Shown piece after piece: positions 1 to 11,037 of a stretch of 64,000 nt of DNA. The translations under genes were made by a program, and so were the position numbers. Within the stretch, counting starts at the first letter, position 1; each line of letters starts with the position of its first letter. This stretch comes from an uncultured Acidobacteriota bacterium (GTDB lineage: Bacteria; Acidobacteriota; Thermoanaerobaculia; Multivoradales; SZUA-115), in assembly GCA_963805975.1 (NCBI GenBank), contig CAWDVR010000004.1:528977-592976 (forward strand). The letters run 5' to 3'. A model generated the notes under the pieces. That model made no database searches. It was not told the origin of the DNA and was given only the letters and a program-made list of their open reading frames with translations.

Positions 1-1
1 G

Positions 2-367
2 GGGAGCGGTCAGGGCGACCACTGGCTGCACTGGCCGGACCTCATGGGCACGCGCGGCCAGAGCGGCGGGCAGGTCTCCTCCGTGGCGAGGGCGCTGGCG
101 AGGAATGGGCTCGCCGAGACCAGCGGACGCGGCGTGCGGTTGACGGCGGAGGGCCTGGCCGCGGCCCAGGCCGTGGTGCGGAGACACCGGCTGTGGGAGG
201 TGTACCTGACGCGTCGCCTGGAGCTGCCGAGCGACCACGTGCACCGCGACGCCGAGGTAATGGAGCACGCGCTCACCGACGACGACGCGGCCGAGCTCGA
301 AGAGCTGCTGGGCTCGCCCACCGTCGACCCCCACGGCAGCCCGATCCCGCCGCGGAGGGTGGCATGA
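2..367 (+). CDS. C-terminal DtxR/MntR-type metal-binding/dimerisation domain, 5'-truncated by the window edge; probably fused to a metal ABC permease
   Basis: Frame open from base 2; VRRHRLWEVYL...HRDAEVMEH...DPHGSPIP is the DtxR-family signature; stop overlaps the ATG of the next permease. Confidence 0.8.
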   Translation, partial: GSGQGDHWLHWPDLMGTRGQSGGQVSSVARALARNGLAETSGRGVRLTAEGLAAAQAVVRRHRLWEVYLTRRLELPSDHVHRDAEVMEHALTDDDAAELEELLGSPTVDPHGSPIPPRRVA

Positions 368-1473
368 GCCCGACGCTGGTCATCCTCGTGGTGGGCGCCC
401 TGGTCGCCGCCTCCTGCGCTCTGGTCGGCGCGTTCCTGGTGCTGCGCCAGATGGCCCTCCTGGGCGACGCCATCAGCCACGCCGTGCTGCCCGGCATCGT
501 CCTCGCCTTTCTCCTGACCGGCGATCGGAGCACGCTTCCGATGGTGCTCGGGGCGGGAGCCTTCGGCGTGCTGACGGTGCTCCTGGTGGAGCTCTTCAAC
601 CGCACGCGCCGGCTGCGCGAGGACGCCTCGATCGGCGTCGTGTTCCCGGCCCTCTTCGCCTTCGGCGTGCTGCTGGTCAGCCGCTACGCGGCACAGGTCG
701 ACCTCGACCTCGACTGCGTGCTCTACGGCGAGATCGCCTACGCGCCCTGGGACCTGCTCTATGCCGGCGGCCGCTCGCTCGGGCCCAAGGCCCTGTGGAT
801 CAACGGCACGGTGCTGGCCGTGAACGTGGCCATCGTGCTCCTCTTCTACAAGGAGCTCAAGCTCGCCACCTTCGACCGCGAGCTGGCCGCCGCGCTCGGC
901 TTCCTGCCGGCCGCTCTCCACTACCTCCTGATGAGCATGGTGTCGATCACCGTGGTGGGCGCCTTCGAGAGCGTGGGGGCGATCCTGGTGGTGGCGATGC
1001 TGATCGTGCCGCCGGCCACCGCCTATCTCCTCACCGACCGGCTCTCGCGCATGCTGCTGCTCTCGGCGGCGCTCGGCGTGGCCTCGGCCGGCGGCGGCTA
1101 CGCCATGGCGCGCTGGCTCGACGCCTCGATCGCCGGCTCCATGGCCACGGTGGCGGGCGCCATGTTCCTCCTCACCTTCCTGCTCTCGCCGCGCTACGGC
1201 CTCGTGGCGCGGGCCGTCCGCCACCGGCGGCTGACGTTCGCCACCGCCGACCAGCTCGTGATGCTCCACCTCTCCCACGGCAGCGAGGGCCTGCCGAAGG
1301 CCGAGGTCGTCCGCCGCTTCGCCTGGCCGGCGCGGCGCCTCGAAGCGACGGTCCGCCGCCTCGCTGCCCGCGGCTGGATCGAGGCCAACGGCTCGGGCTT
1401 GAAGCTCACCACCACCGGCGCCACGGCTCTCGAAGCCAGCGGCCAGGCGGTGCTGCGGCACCAAGGGACGTAG
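364..1473 (+). CDS. Mn/Zn/Fe ABC transporter permease (ABC-3, MntD/TroD-like) with C-terminal winged-helix extension
   Basis: ALLGDAISHAVLPG motif, many hydrophobic segments, AFESVGAILVVAMLIVPPATA; ATG at 364. Confidence 0.9.
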   Translation: MSPTLVILVVGALVAASCALVGAFLVLRQMALLGDAISHAVLPGIVLAFLLTGDRSTLPMVLGAGAFGVLTVLLVELFNRTRRLREDASIGVVFPALFAFGVLLVSRYAAQVDLDLDCVLYGEIAYAPWDLLYAGGRSLGPKALWINGTVLAVNVAIVLLFYKELKLATFDRELAAALGFLPAALHYLLMSMVSITVVGAFESVGAILVVAMLIVPPATAYLLTDRLSRMLLLSAALGVASAGGGYAMARWLDASIAGSMATVAGAMFLLTFLLSPRYGLVARAVRHRRLTFATADQLVMLHLSHGSEGLPKAEVVRRFAWPARRLEATVRRLAARGWIEANGSGLKLTTTGATALEASGQAVLRHQGT

Positions 1474-1474
1474 G

Positions 1475-1657
1475 TCAGGCCGCTGTCTGCTTCTCGGGCT
1501 CGTATGGTGGTGAGACGAGAAATCGGTCGCGATACTGCTCCTGCATCTCCATGTAGTAGGCGACCAAGCGCTCTGGATCGTGATCGAACCGGGCCGAGAT
1601 GCGGTGGCGCACCTCACGCACCTCGTCGATCACCGGATCAGCCTTACTCGGGATCAT
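1475..1657 (-). CDS. Small 60-aa protein, putative antitoxin partner of the upstream PIN protein
   Basis: DPVIDEVREVRHRISARFDHD; overlaps the PIN gene stop. Confidence 0.6.
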   Translation of the reverse strand: MIPSKADPVIDEVREVRHRISARFDHDPERLVAYYMEMQEQYRDRFLVSPPYEPEKQTAA

Positions 1658-2132
1658 CGGCGCCTCCCAGTAGCTCGAGTGGTGTCACCATCGCGGGCAC
1701 GAACAGGCCAAGCATGGTGTTCACACGGCGAATGTGCCCGAACTTGTTGGCGTTGGCAAGATGCTGGCAGTTCCAGGTAACCAGAAAGTCGCATTTGTGG
1801 TACGAGGCGAGTGCCAGGTGGAGCACGTCTCCGCCAGGATTGGCGGGCATGATCTTGTGGCCGATATAGGCGGTAACGATCTCCGCGATCGCCGGCTCGA
1901 TCGGGAGCAGAGGAAGGTCGGCCAGTAGACCGAGCCGGAGTGCACTGCGTTCTTGTGGGGCCGCCGCCAACTCGTCCAGCACGGCAGGGCTCGTAACGAG
2001 GTCATACCGATCGATGGCGCCGCTCCACCACTCGCGAGTCCATTCCCGGCGAACTACGATGTCGGGTGCAGTCCGAGCGTCATGGTAAAAGCTCGGAATC
2101 GTGGTCTCGACGTAGACCCGCGGCTTGCTCAC
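1644..2132 (-). CDS. PIN-domain protein (VapC-like)
   Basis: VYVETTIPS...VLDEL...DVLHLALASYHKCDFLVTWNCQH acidic PIN motifs; GTG start inferred. Confidence 0.8.
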   Translation of the reverse strand: MSKPRVYVETTIPSFYHDARTAPDIVVRREWTREWWSGAIDRYDLVTSPAVLDELAAAPQERSALRLGLLADLPLLPIEPAIAEIVTAYIGHKIMPANPGGDVLHLALASYHKCDFLVTWNCQHLANANKFGHIRRVNTMLGLFVPAMVTPLELLGGADDPE

Positions 2133-2187
2133 GCGGCCAAGATAGCACCTGCCCCGCAGCTTTCTCCTGTGTTCAGCGGAGACGCAA

Positions 2188-2211
2188 ACGGCCGAGGTCA
2201 CCCCCGGCCGT
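2188..2211 (-). terminator. Probable intrinsic terminator of the tricorn protease gene
   Basis: ACGGCCG...CGGCCGT stem followed by a short T run on the minus strand, ~30 bp after the stop. Confidence 0.45.
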
Positions 2212-2242
2212 GAGCTGAGTAGGTCACCCTCCGTCTTTTACT

Positions 2243-5200
2243 TCACGGCACCGGCTTGGTGGGCACGGAGTCGTAGTGCTCCTGGGTACGCACCGGGTCG
2301 GCCGGGCGGACCGGGAGCTTCTTGGGGTTGGCGGCGATGGCCTTCATCACCTCCGCGATGCCGCGCTCGAGCTGCGGGTCGCGGCCGGCGATCACCGACT
2401 GCGGGTCGTTGGCCACCTCGATGTCCGGCGCCACGCCGTACCCTTCGATGATGTACTGGCCGGAGACCGAGGCCGAGGCGCTCTCCGGCACGAAGACCTG
2501 GCCGCCGTCGACCAGGGGCCCGCGGCCCGAGATGCCGACCACCCCGCCCCAGCTCCGCTTGCCGATCAGGGGACCCAGGCCCGCCTGGCGGAACATGTAG
2601 GGAAAGATGTCGCCGTCCGAGGCCGAGGTCTCGGAGATCAGGCAGGCCATGGGGCCGTAGAAGGTGGCGACCGGGTAGGTGCCGGCCAGCTCGTCCGTGC
2701 GGCCGAAGTCGGTGCCCAGGAGGCGCCGCGACAGCCGCTCGATGAGCATCGGCGAGACGTTGCCGCCGCCGTTGCCCCGCACGTCGACCACCAGCCCTTC
2801 CTTGCGGATCTGACCGTAGTACCACTTGATGAACTCGCGGATGCCGTCCTCGCCCATATCGGGGATGTGGAGGTAGCCCACCCGGCCGTTGGTGGCCTTG
2901 TCGACGCGCTCGTAGTTCCTGGTCACCCAGTCGAGATAGATGAGCGGCGTCTCGCTCGAAATCGGCCGGAAGGTCACCTTGCGGGAGCCTTCGAGACTGG
3001 GCTTGGAGTGGACCGTCAGCTCCACCGGCCGGTCCGCCTTGTTGCGCAGCAGCCGGTAGGGGTCGTCATTGCCTTTGAGCTCGACGCCGTCGATCTCCAG
3101 CACGTAGTCGCCTTCCTTCACCTCGACGCCGATCTCGGTGAGCGGCGAGCGGTAACGGTCCTCGCTGTTCTGGCCCGCGAAGATGTGGGCGATCTTGTAC
3201 CTGCCCGCGGCGCGGTCGAGCTCGAAGCGGGCGCCCGGCAGCGCCACGCGCGCCCGTTCCGGCAGGTCGAAGTCGCCGCCGGCGATGTAGGCGTGGGAGA
3301 TGTTGAGCTCGGCGATCATCTCGCCGATCACGTAGTTCAGGTCGGAGCGGTGGGCGACGTGCTGGAGGAGCGAGCGGTAGCGCTCGCCGATCGCCTGCCA
3401 GTCGTAGCCGTGCAGGTTGGCGACGTAGAACCAGTCACGGAAGCGCCGCCAGACCTCGTCGAAGATCTGCCGCCACTCCTCCTCGGGCACGCGGTCCACC
3501 ATCATCCCGGCGGTCGACACCGTCTTCTTGCTGTCGTCGCCGCCGGGCTTGGCCTCGTAGACGTTCCAGCGCTCACCCTGGTGCACGAGGACCTTGGAGC
3601 CGTCGGCGGAGAGTGAGTAGCCCGAGGTGTCCTTGGCGAGCACGTGGAACTCGCGGTCCTCGAGCGAGTAGACGTGGAGCGAAGGCTGGTCGTAGCTGTC
3701 GCGGCCGTAGAAGAACGCGCCGCCCTTGACCAGCAGGAGGTGTCCCTCCTTGGCGGCGAGGGCGAAGTAGTTGTCGGCCTCGACCGGCACTCGGGCGACG
3801 CGCTGCTCGATCCCGTCCCAGTCGATCTTCACCGGCTTCCTGGCGGGCTTGGCGTCGCCTTCCTTCTCGTCGTCGCCCTTGCCCTTCTCGTCCTTCTTGT
3901 CCTTGTCTTTCGGGTCCTTCTCGTCGCCGGGTTTCTCGGCGTCCTTCTCTTCTTTCTTGTCGACGGTCACTTCGTCGCTCTCCGGCGGGAAGGGGTGCGG
4001 CGTTCCCTTGGCCAGGGCCACGACGTAGACCTCGGTCGCACGATTGGTGACGAAGTTCCATTCGATGAACGAGATCTGCGGAGCGTTGGCGGCGTCGGCC
4101 AGGTAGTAGAGATACTGGCCCTTGGGATCCCAGACCGGGTTGTACTCGCTGCCGAGAGCGCCCGTCACCTGGCGCTTCTTGCCGTCGGCCAGGCTCCAGA
4201 TGTGCACCGAGCGGAAACCGGACGCTTCCGCCAGGCTGAACGCCAGGTAGGCGCTGTCCGGGGACCAGGTGTAGTCGCCCACCTGCCCGCGCAGGTCGTC
4301 GGCGACCTGCACCACTTTGCGGTCGGCGATGGTCAGCACGTAGACCTTGCCGTCCTTGTCGGCGAAGGCGAGGCGCTTGCCGTCCGGCGACCAGACCGGC
4401 TGGTAGCGCATCGCCTTGCCGCCGGTGGTTAGCTGTACCGGCTTGCCCTTGCCGCTCTGGTCGAGGAGATAGATCTCCTCTTCACCCGAGGCGTCGGAGA
4501 TGTAGGCGAGCTGCGAGCCGTCCGGCGACCAGTTGGCGGCCTTCTCGTGCGATTTCGGTGACTGCGTCAGGTTGCGGGTCGGGCCCTTCTCGATCGGCGC
4601 CGTGAACAGGTCGCCGCGCGAGGCGAAGGCGACGCGCTCGGCCTTGGGAGAGAGATCGAAGCTCTCGATGTCCTCGCCGGCCGGTACCCGGGACGGCCGC
4701 TTGTAGACGCCGTCGTCCGGCACGAAGATCGAGATCGCCTTGGCCTGTCGCGCCTTGGTGTCGTAGACCGAGAGCTCGCCGCCCAGCTCGTAGACGATCT
4801 TGCCGGTAGCCTCGTCGGCGCTCGCCCAGCGCACGTCCCAGGAGGTGCTCTTGGTGAGCTGCTCGGCCTCGCCGGGCTTCAGGTCCTGCGCGTAGAGGTT
4901 GAGCGTGCCGTCGCGGTCGGAGACGAAGTAGAACTTGTCGCCGATCCACATCGGGTCGCGGTCGGTGCGTGGAGTGTTGGTGAGGTTGGTGGCCTGACTG
5001 CTCGCCAGGTCGTAGAGGTAGAGATCCTGCGCCCAACCGCCCTGGTACCGCTTCCAGGTGCGGAAGTCGCGCGCCAGCGGCGAGTAGACCAGTTTCTTGC
5101 CGTCCGCCGAGAAGGCGCCGGCACCCGAGGTGGGCATCGGCAGGGGCTCGGCCAGGCCACCGGTCGCGGGCACGGTGTAGAGGCGGCTGTCCGAGATGTC

Positions 5201-5635
5201 CCAGGTGTCCGAGAAAGCGCGGAACAGCACGCTCTTGCCGTCCGGCGTCCAGCCGTAGACCTGGTGATCGTAGCCCCAGCGCGGGGGCAGGGGGCCCACG
5301 GCGGGGTAGAACGTGAGCTGCTTGGGCACGCCGCCGGCGGTCGGCACCACGTACACCTGCTCGTCGCCGTCGTACTGGCCGGTGAAGGCGATCCACTGGC
5401 CGTCGGGCGAGAACCTGGGGAAGATCTCGAGGCCGGGATGGGCGGTGAGACGCCGGGCCGCGCCGCCGCCGGCGGGAGCCAGCCAGAGGTCGCCCGCGTA
5501 GACGAAGGCCACGGTGTCGCCATGGATGTCGGGGAAGCGCAGCAACTTCGTCTGCGCGGCCGCCGGGGCGGTCAGGCCGAGGCTCAAGCCCAAGCCCAGG
5601 GCCGCGCTGATCGAGATCGATCGAAATCGGGACAT
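2243..5635 (-). CDS. Exported tricorn-type S41 protease (PD40 beta-propellers, C1, PDZ, S41 domain)
   Basis: Signal peptide; [10 protein letters not shown] start; repeated WSPDG; [29 protein letters not shown] motifs. Confidence 0.95.
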   Translation of the reverse strand: MSRFRSISISAALGLGLSLGLTAPAAAQTKLLRFPDIHGDTVAFVYAGDLWLAPAGGGAARRLTAHPGLEIFPRFSPDGQWIAFTGQYDGDEQVYVVPTAGGVPKQLTFYPAVGPLPPRWGYDHQVYGWTPDGKSVLFRAFSDTWDISDSRLYTVPATGGLAEPLPMPTSGAGAFSADGKKLVYSPLARDFRTWKRYQGGWAQDLYLYDLASSQATNLTNTPRTDRDPMWIGDKFYFVSDRDGTLNLYAQDLKPGEAEQLTKSTSWDVRWASADEATGKIVYELGGELSVYDTKARQAKAISIFVPDDGVYKRPSRVPAGEDIESFDLSPKAERVAFASRGDLFTAPIEKGPTRNLTQSPKSHEKAANWSPDGSQLAYISDASGEEEIYLLDQSGKGKPVQLTTGGKAMRYQPVWSPDGKRLAFADKDGKVYVLTIADRKVVQVADDLRGQVGDYTWSPDSAYLAFSLAEASGFRSVHIWSLADGKKRQVTGALGSEYNPVWDPKGQYLYYLADAANAPQISFIEWNFVTNRATEVYVVALAKGTPHPFPPESDEVTVDKKEEKDAEKPGDEKDPKDKDKKDEKGKGDDEKEGDAKPARKPVKIDWDGIEQRVARVPVEADNYFALAAKEGHLLLVKGGAFFYGRDSYDQPSLHVYSLEDREFHVLAKDTSGYSLSADGSKVLVHQGERWNVYEAKPGGDDSKKTVSTAGMMVDRVPEEEWRQIFDEVWRRFRDWFYVANLHGYDWQAIGERYRSLLQHVAHRSDLNYVIGEMIAELNISHAYIAGGDFDLPERARVALPGARFELDRAAGRYKIAHIFAGQNSEDRYRSPLTEIGVEVKEGDYVLEIDGVELKGNDDPYRLLRNKADRPVELTVHSKPSLEGSRKVTFRPISSETPLIYLDWVTRNYERVDKATNGRVGYLHIPDMGEDGIREFIKWYYGQIRKEGLVVDVRGNGGGNVSPMLIERLSRRLLGTDFGRTDELAGTYPVATFYGPMACLISETSASDGDIFPYMFRQAGLGPLIGKRSWGGVVGISGRGPLVDGGQVFVPESASASVSGQYIIEGYGVAPDIEVANDPQSVIAGRDPQLERGIAEVMKAIAANPKKLPVRPADPVRTQEHYDSVPTKPVP

Positions 5636-5836
5636 GCTTTATCTCCAGGTTAGGTCGTCGAGCTTACTACGATTGTCGGCGGAGAAGGTTGCCGGCGGGT
5701 TTGCGGCCCCCCGGCTTATACCCTATGCTTGCAGCCGCTTGCGGCTCCCCGAGCACCACGGAAGCTAGCGTCTAAGACTACACAGCTCCTAAGGCTATAA
5801 ATCCCGCCGCTCCACGCTGGGAGAAGGGCTCTCTCG

Positions 5837-6817
5837 ATGGAGATTCACGACCACATCCTGCAAACGCTCGGCAACACGCCGCTCGTCCGACTGTCGCGGT
5901 TCTCGCGCCACGGCGCGCCGCTCGCCGCCAAGATCGAGTCCTTCAACCCCGGCTCGAGCGTCAAGGACCGCATCGGTCTGGCGATGATCGAGGCGGCCGA
6001 AGAGGCCGGCCAGCTCCAGCCGGGCGGCCTGATCGTCGAGCCCACCTCCGGCAACACCGGCGTGGGGCTGGTCATGGCGGCGATCCTCAAAGGCTACCGG
6101 CTGATCTGCACCGCGGCCGAGAAGATCCCCAAGGAGAAGGTGGCGCTGCTCGAGGCCTACGGCGCCAAGGTCATCATCTGCCCCTTGGACGTCGAGCCCG
6201 ACGACCCGCGGTCCTACTACAAGGTCGCCGAGCGCATCCGCGACGAGGAAGGCGCCTTCCTGCCCTACCAGTACTACAACCAGGCCAACCCCGGGGCCCA
6301 CTACAAGACCACCGGCCCCGAGATCTGGCGCCAGACCGACGGCAAGATCACGCACTGGGTGGCCGGCATCGGCACCGGCGGCACCCTGACCGGCTCGGCC
6401 AAGTTCTTGAAGGAGCAGAACCCCGCGATCCGCGTCATCGGCGTCGATCCGGTGGGCAGCATCTACGCCTACTACCAGCACCACGGCGTGATGCCGCCGC
6501 CCGAGGAGCAGGGCACCTATCTGACCGACGGCATCGGCGGCTCGATCAAGGCCGAGTCCGCCTGGCTCGAGTACGTGGACGACATCATCTCGATGGACGA
6601 CAAGACCGCGTACCAGACGACGCTCGAGCTGGCGCGCACCGAGGCCATCTTCGGCGGCTCCTCGAGCGGCGCCGCCGCGGCGGGAGCGCGCCGCATCGCC
6701 GCGGAGCTGCCGCCGGAGGCCCTGGTGGTGACGCTCTTCCCGGACTCGGGCGAGCGCTATCTGTCTCGCCTCAACGAGGAATGGATGCGCGCCAAGGGAC
6801 TCCTCGACGAGCCCTAG
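5837..6817 (+). CDS. PLP-dependent cysteine synthase/cystathionine beta-synthase family protein
   Basis: KIESFNPGSSVKDR, EPTSGNTG, GIGTGGT, PDSGERYLS. Confidence 0.92.
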   Translation: MEIHDHILQTLGNTPLVRLSRFSRHGAPLAAKIESFNPGSSVKDRIGLAMIEAAEEAGQLQPGGLIVEPTSGNTGVGLVMAAILKGYRLICTAAEKIPKEKVALLEAYGAKVIICPLDVEPDDPRSYYKVAERIRDEEGAFLPYQYYNQANPGAHYKTTGPEIWRQTDGKITHWVAGIGTGGTLTGSAKFLKEQNPAIRVIGVDPVGSIYAYYQHHGVMPPPEEQGTYLTDGIGGSIKAESAWLEYVDDIISMDDKTAYQTTLELARTEAIFGGSSSGAAAAGARRIAAELPPEALVVTLFPDSGERYLSRLNEEWMRAKGLLDEP

Positions 6818-6835
6818 CTCACGAAGGACGAAGGA

Positions 6836-7318
6836 ATGGCGATCTCAGCCGAAGACTACCGGGACGCCTTGCGCCACTTTCCCGCCGGGGTCACCATCCT
6901 GACAGTGCGGGTCGGCGAGGAGATCCACGGCCTGACCGTCTCCGCCTTCGCCTCGGTGTCGCCCGCGCCGCCACTCGTCGCCGTGATCATCGACCTCCGC
7001 CACCACGCGCACGAGCTGCTCGAAACGGAAGGGGCGGCCTTCGCCGTCAACGTGCTCGCCCACGACCAGCAGGAGCTCTCCAACCGCTTCGCCTGGACGC
7101 CCAGCGAGGAGCGCTTCGGCGCCGGCCGCTGGACGACGGCCGTCACCGGCGCGCCGATCCTCGAAGATGCCCTCGCCTGGCTCGACTGCCGGATCTACGG
7201 CCGTCACCCGGCGGGCAGCCATTCCATCTACGTCGGCGAGGTGCTGGCGAGCGGCGTGCCGAGGAACGAAGTGCAGCCGCTCGTGTACTGGAACCGCGAC
7301 TACCGAAACCTGGCCTGA
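6836..7318 (+). CDS. Flavin reductase-like FMN-binding protein
   Basis: FPAGVTILT, GLTVSAFASVS, GSHSIYVGEV, PLVY. Confidence 0.9.
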   Translation: MAISAEDYRDALRHFPAGVTILTVRVGEEIHGLTVSAFASVSPAPPLVAVIIDLRHHAHELLETEGAAFAVNVLAHDQQELSNRFAWTPSEERFGAGRWTTAVTGAPILEDALAWLDCRIYGRHPAGSHSIYVGEVLASGVPRNEVQPLVYWNRDYRNLA

Positions 7319-7327
7319 GGAGGCCCC

Positions 7328-8605
7328 ATGCGGCGAGCGATCGGCACCTTGGCAACGTGGACGGCGCTCGCTTGCGCCGCGGGTGCCGCAGCCGGAGAGG
7401 ACCAGGGCTCGACCATGGAGCGATTCCGTTCGCTGTTGCGCGAAGCGCCGCTCACCGACGGCCACAACGACCTGCCCTGGGCCTTGCGCGACAAGTACGG
7501 CGGCAAGCTCGACACCGTCGACCTGCGCCAGGATCTCTCCTCCGGCGAGAAGGCCCTCCAGACCGACATCCCCCGCCTCGCTCGAGGCGGTGTCGGCGCG
7601 CAATTCTGGTCGGTCTACGTGCCGGTCGATCTCGCGGGTGCAGCGGCTGTCGCGGCGGTGTTCGAGCAGATCGACCTCGTCCACCGGCTGTGCGCCCGCT
7701 ACCCCGAAACCTTCGAGCTGGCGCTCACCGCCGCGGACGTCGAGCGGATCGCCAAGACCGGGAAAATCGCCTCGCTGATCGGTATGGAAGGCGGGCACTC
7801 GATCCACGAGTCTCTCGCCCTGCTGCGCCGCGCCTACGACGCCGGCGCCCGCTACATGACGCTCACTCACTGGGCGGCGACCGGCTGGGCCGACTCGGCC
7901 ACGGACGCGCCCAAGCACGGCGGCCTGACGCGCTTCGGCGAAGAGGTGGTGCGCGAGATGAACCGGCTCGGCATGCTGGTCGACCTCTCGCACGTCTCGG
8001 CCGAGACGATGCACGACGCGCTCGCCGTGGCGGCTGCGCCGGTCATCTTTTCGCACTCCTCGGCACGGGCTTTGACCGCACATCCCCGCAACGTGCCGGA
8101 TGACGTCCTGGCGAAGCTCCGGGACAACGGCGGCCTGGTGATGGTGACCTTCGTGCCGGCCTTCGTCAGCGAGGAGGTGCGCGCCTGGGAAGCGGACGAG
8201 GCGGCGGAGAAGGCGCGGCTCGACGTGCTGCATGTGGGCGACCCCGACGGAAACAAGCAAGCCCTCGCGGCCTGGACAGGATCGCACCCGGCGCCCCAGG
8301 CCACGCTCGCGCAGGTCGCGGACCACCTGGACCACGTGCGCAAAGTGGCGGGCAGCGATCACGTGGGCGTCGGCTCGGACTTCGACGGCATCGAGCGCGG
8401 ACCGGTCGGGCTGGAGGACGTCTCGACCTACCCGGCGCTCTTCGCCGAGCTCTCCCGGCGCGGCTGGTCCGACGAGGATCTGCGCAAGGCGGCCGGCGGC
8501 AACCTCCTGCGGGTCCTCCACGAGGCCGAGCGCACCGCGGCCCGCCTGCGCGCCGAGCGGCCGGCCTCGGAGGCGAAGATCGGGGATCTGGACAAGAGCG
8601 AGTAG
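7328..8605 (+). CDS. Exported membrane dipeptidase (M19 family)
   Basis: [36 protein letters not shown]; signal peptide. Confidence 0.93.
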   Translation: MRRAIGTLATWTALACAAGAAAGEDQGSTMERFRSLLREAPLTDGHNDLPWALRDKYGGKLDTVDLRQDLSSGEKALQTDIPRLARGGVGAQFWSVYVPVDLAGAAAVAAVFEQIDLVHRLCARYPETFELALTAADVERIAKTGKIASLIGMEGGHSIHESLALLRRAYDAGARYMTLTHWAATGWADSATDAPKHGGLTRFGEEVVREMNRLGMLVDLSHVSAETMHDALAVAAAPVIFSHSSARALTAHPRNVPDDVLAKLRDNGGLVMVTFVPAFVSEEVRAWEADEAAEKARLDVLHVGDPDGNKQALAAWTGSHPAPQATLAQVADHLDHVRKVAGSDHVGVGSDFDGIERGPVGLEDVSTYPALFAELSRRGWSDEDLRKAAGGNLLRVLHEAERTAARLRAERPASEAKIGDLDKSE

Positions 8606-8623
8606 GGGCCGAGGCGGGCTGCT

Positions 8624-10003
8624 TCAGCGCCGGCTGCCGGGCTCGATTCGTTGGCTGCCGGATTGGGCTGCCAGGTCGAGTGCCAGGATCTTTTCCTTGT
8701 CGCGTACGAAGAGAGTGGTCGAGACCAGGGTGGGGAGCGTCCAGGCGTGTGGCGCCGCGATCTTGGTGGCGGCCAGGAACTCGAACTCTTGCGGGGAGAC
8801 CCGGGCGAGTGCCAGCCTGCCGTCCTCGGTGAGGAAGAGGAGCTTGCCGTCGGCCCACAGGGCCTGCGCCTTGTGAAAGCCCGCCTCCTGCCAGGTGACC
8901 TCGCCGGTCTTCCAGCGGACGGCGGCGAGCCGCGAGGTGTCGTTGCCGCCGATCGAGCCGTAGAGGAAGTCGCCGCGACAGTGGAGTGTCCAGTGCGACG
9001 TCCTGAGCTTTGGGCTGAACCAGAGCTCCTTGACCCCGAGACCGCCCTTCCCCGGCTGGATCTCGAGGAGGCGCCCCCCTCCGGTGTCGAACTGGCTGCT
9101 GATCCAGAGGTGGTTTTCGTCACACCGGACCGCCGGCGTCAGGTGGTTGCCGTTGTTGAAGGGGATCGCGTGCTTCCAGAGCGTCTTGCCGGTGACGGGA
9201 TCGAGAGCGACGACGCCCTCGGGCTCGAAGTAGATGTAGTGCTCGCGACCCGCGATGCGAGTGAGGGTCGGCTGCGCGTAGCTGACGCCGCCGGGCCCGC
9301 TCTTCCACACCACCGAGCCGTCGGCCGGGTCGAAGGCGACGACGGCGGCCTCGTCTCCTCCGACCAGGGTGAGGATGGTGCCGTTGTAGGAGAGTGGGCT
9401 GCCCGAGTATCCGTACTCCTCGACTCGCTTGCGCCGGCCGAGCTCACGCGGCAGATCGTGTTTCCAGGCCACCGCACCCGTGCGCGCGTCGAGCGCCCGC
9501 ATCCTGCCCGAGATGCCGATGCCGACGACCTTGTTGGCGACGAACAGGGGAGTCGAGTTGGGGCCCAGGCCGAAGCTGTGCTCCATTTCCGGCCAGTAGC
9601 TCGGCGTGTCGCGTTGCTCCCATAGAGTCGAGCCGGTCCGGGCGTCGAGCGCCACGATCACGTCCTCGGTGCCGTCGCGAAACATGGTGAAGAGCCGTCC
9701 GCCCTCGTAGAGGATCGAGGAGTAGCCACCCCCCAAGGACCGTTGCCAGAGCCGCCGCGGGCCGTCCGCGGGCCACTCCTCGGCAAGCGCGCCCGCACCC
9801 GCGGTGAAGTCGCCTCCGGGGCCCGCCCAGCTCAGCCAGCCTTCGGGTCCGCCGCCCGGTGCCACGGGCTGGCCGGGAGCAGCGCCGCGCTCCCGGCCGC
9901 CGGCGATCAGGGACACGAGGAGAACGAGGGCCACCGCCACTGCCAGGCGGACTAAGCGAACACCCCGGGACACCTGCGCGCGAGCCGGAATCACAGCGTG
10001 CAT
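8624..10003 (-). CDS. PQQ-like beta-propeller repeat protein, exported or membrane-anchored
   Basis: Repeated ALDARTG..W motifs; GGGYSS; hydrophobic N-terminus after ATG 10003. Confidence 0.8.
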   Translation of the reverse strand: MHAVIPARAQVSRGVRLVRLAVAVALVLLVSLIAGGRERGAAPGQPVAPGGGPEGWLSWAGPGGDFTAGAGALAEEWPADGPRRLWQRSLGGGYSSILYEGGRLFTMFRDGTEDVIVALDARTGSTLWEQRDTPSYWPEMEHSFGLGPNSTPLFVANKVVGIGISGRMRALDARTGAVAWKHDLPRELGRRKRVEEYGYSGSPLSYNGTILTLVGGDEAAVVAFDPADGSVVWKSGPGGVSYAQPTLTRIAGREHYIYFEPEGVVALDPVTGKTLWKHAIPFNNGNHLTPAVRCDENHLWISSQFDTGGGRLLEIQPGKGGLGVKELWFSPKLRTSHWTLHCRGDFLYGSIGGNDTSRLAAVRWKTGEVTWQEAGFHKAQALWADGKLLFLTEDGRLALARVSPQEFEFLAATKIAAPHAWTLPTLVSTTLFVRDKEKILALDLAAQSGSQRIEPGSRR

Positions 10004-10020
10004 CTCCTGAGCCTCCAGCA

Positions 10021-11037
10021 CTATCCGTCGACCTGCAGCACGATCTTCCCGAAGTGCTTCCCCGCGGCCATGCGGTCGAGAGCGGCGCGCGCTTCGGTCC
10101 ACGGCAGCGCCGAGTCGACGACCGGCCGCAGGCCCTGGGCCGAGAGCGCGCGGTTCATGGCCTCGAAGGACTCCCGGTCGCCCACCAGGATGCCCTGGAG
10201 GCGCACCCGCTGCATGAAGATCGGCACGATCGACAGCTCTGCCGCGCCGCCGGCCAGCACGCCGATCAGCGCAATGGTGCCGCCGAACCGCACGGCGGCG
10301 AGCGACTGCGCGAGCGTGCCGGCACCGCCGACCTCGAGCACCAGGTCGGCTCCCCGGCCTTCGGTCAGCTCCTTGACCCGCACGCCCCATTTCGGGGTCG
10401 AGCGGTAGTTGATCGTCTCCCAGGCGCCCAGCGCTCGGGCCCGATCCAGCTTCTCGTCGCTTCCCGAGGTGACGATCACCCGCGCCCCGGCGAGCTGGGC
10501 GAGCTGCAACGCGAAGATCGAGACGCCGCCGGTGCCCTGCACCACCACGGTCTCTCCGGGCTGTACGCGGCCCTCGGTCGAGAGCGCGTTCCAGGCCGTG
10601 ACCGCGGCGCAGGGCAGGGTCGAAGCCTCCTCGTAGCTCAGGTGCTCCGGGATCGCCACGCAGCCCTGCTCGGAGAGCACGATCTCCTGGGCCAGCGTGC
10701 CGTCGAGCGGCCCGCCGAGCGTGGCGCGCACCTTCTCGCGGCTGGGCTCCCCGGCGATCCACGGCGGCGCGAAGATCGGCATCACCCGGTCTCCGAGCTC
10801 GAAGCGCTCCACGCCTGGCCCCACCGCCACCACCTCGCCGGCGCCGTCCGAGCAGGGGATGAACGGCAGCGGCTGGCGCGGGTTGTAGAGGCCCTGGATC
10901 ATCATCAAATCGCGGTAGTTGAGCGACACGGCGCGGATCGCCACCCGCACCTGCCCGGGCCCGGGCTCCACTTGCGGGCGCTCGGTGAGCACCAGGTGGT
11001 CGAGCCCGAAGGCTCCTTGAACCTCGAAGGCTCTCAT
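10021..11037 (-). CDS. Medium-chain NAD(P)-dependent dehydrogenase/quinone reductase (MDR family)
   Basis: SLNYRD, PCSDGAG, LPCAAVTAWNAL, GTGGVS, HFGKIVL. Confidence 0.92.
   Translation of the reverse strand: MRAFEVQGAFGLDHLVLTERPQVEPGPGQVRVAIRAVSLNYRDLMMIQGLYNPRQPLPFIPCSDGAGEVVAVGPGVERFELGDRVMPIFAPPWIAGEPSREKVRATLGGPLDGTLAQEIVLSEQGCVAIPEHLSYEEASTLPCAAVTAWNALSTEGRVQPGETVVVQGTGGVSIFALQLAQLAGARVIVTSGSDEKLDRARALGAWETINYRSTPKWGVRVKELTEGRGADLVLEVGGAGTLAQSLAAVRFGGTIALIGVLAGGAAELSIVPIFMQRVRLQGILVGDRESFEAMNRALSAQGLRPVVDSALPWTEARAALDRMAAGKHFGKIVLQVDG

Noticed and set aside
3840-3975. Lys/Asp/Glu-rich low-complexity stretch
   Set aside because: Ordinary charged linker of tricorn-type proteases
10004-10762. 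N-terminal extension of the 712-aa beta-propeller ORF
   Set aside because: Overlaps the dehydrogenase in another frame; the signal-like segment starts at ATG 10003
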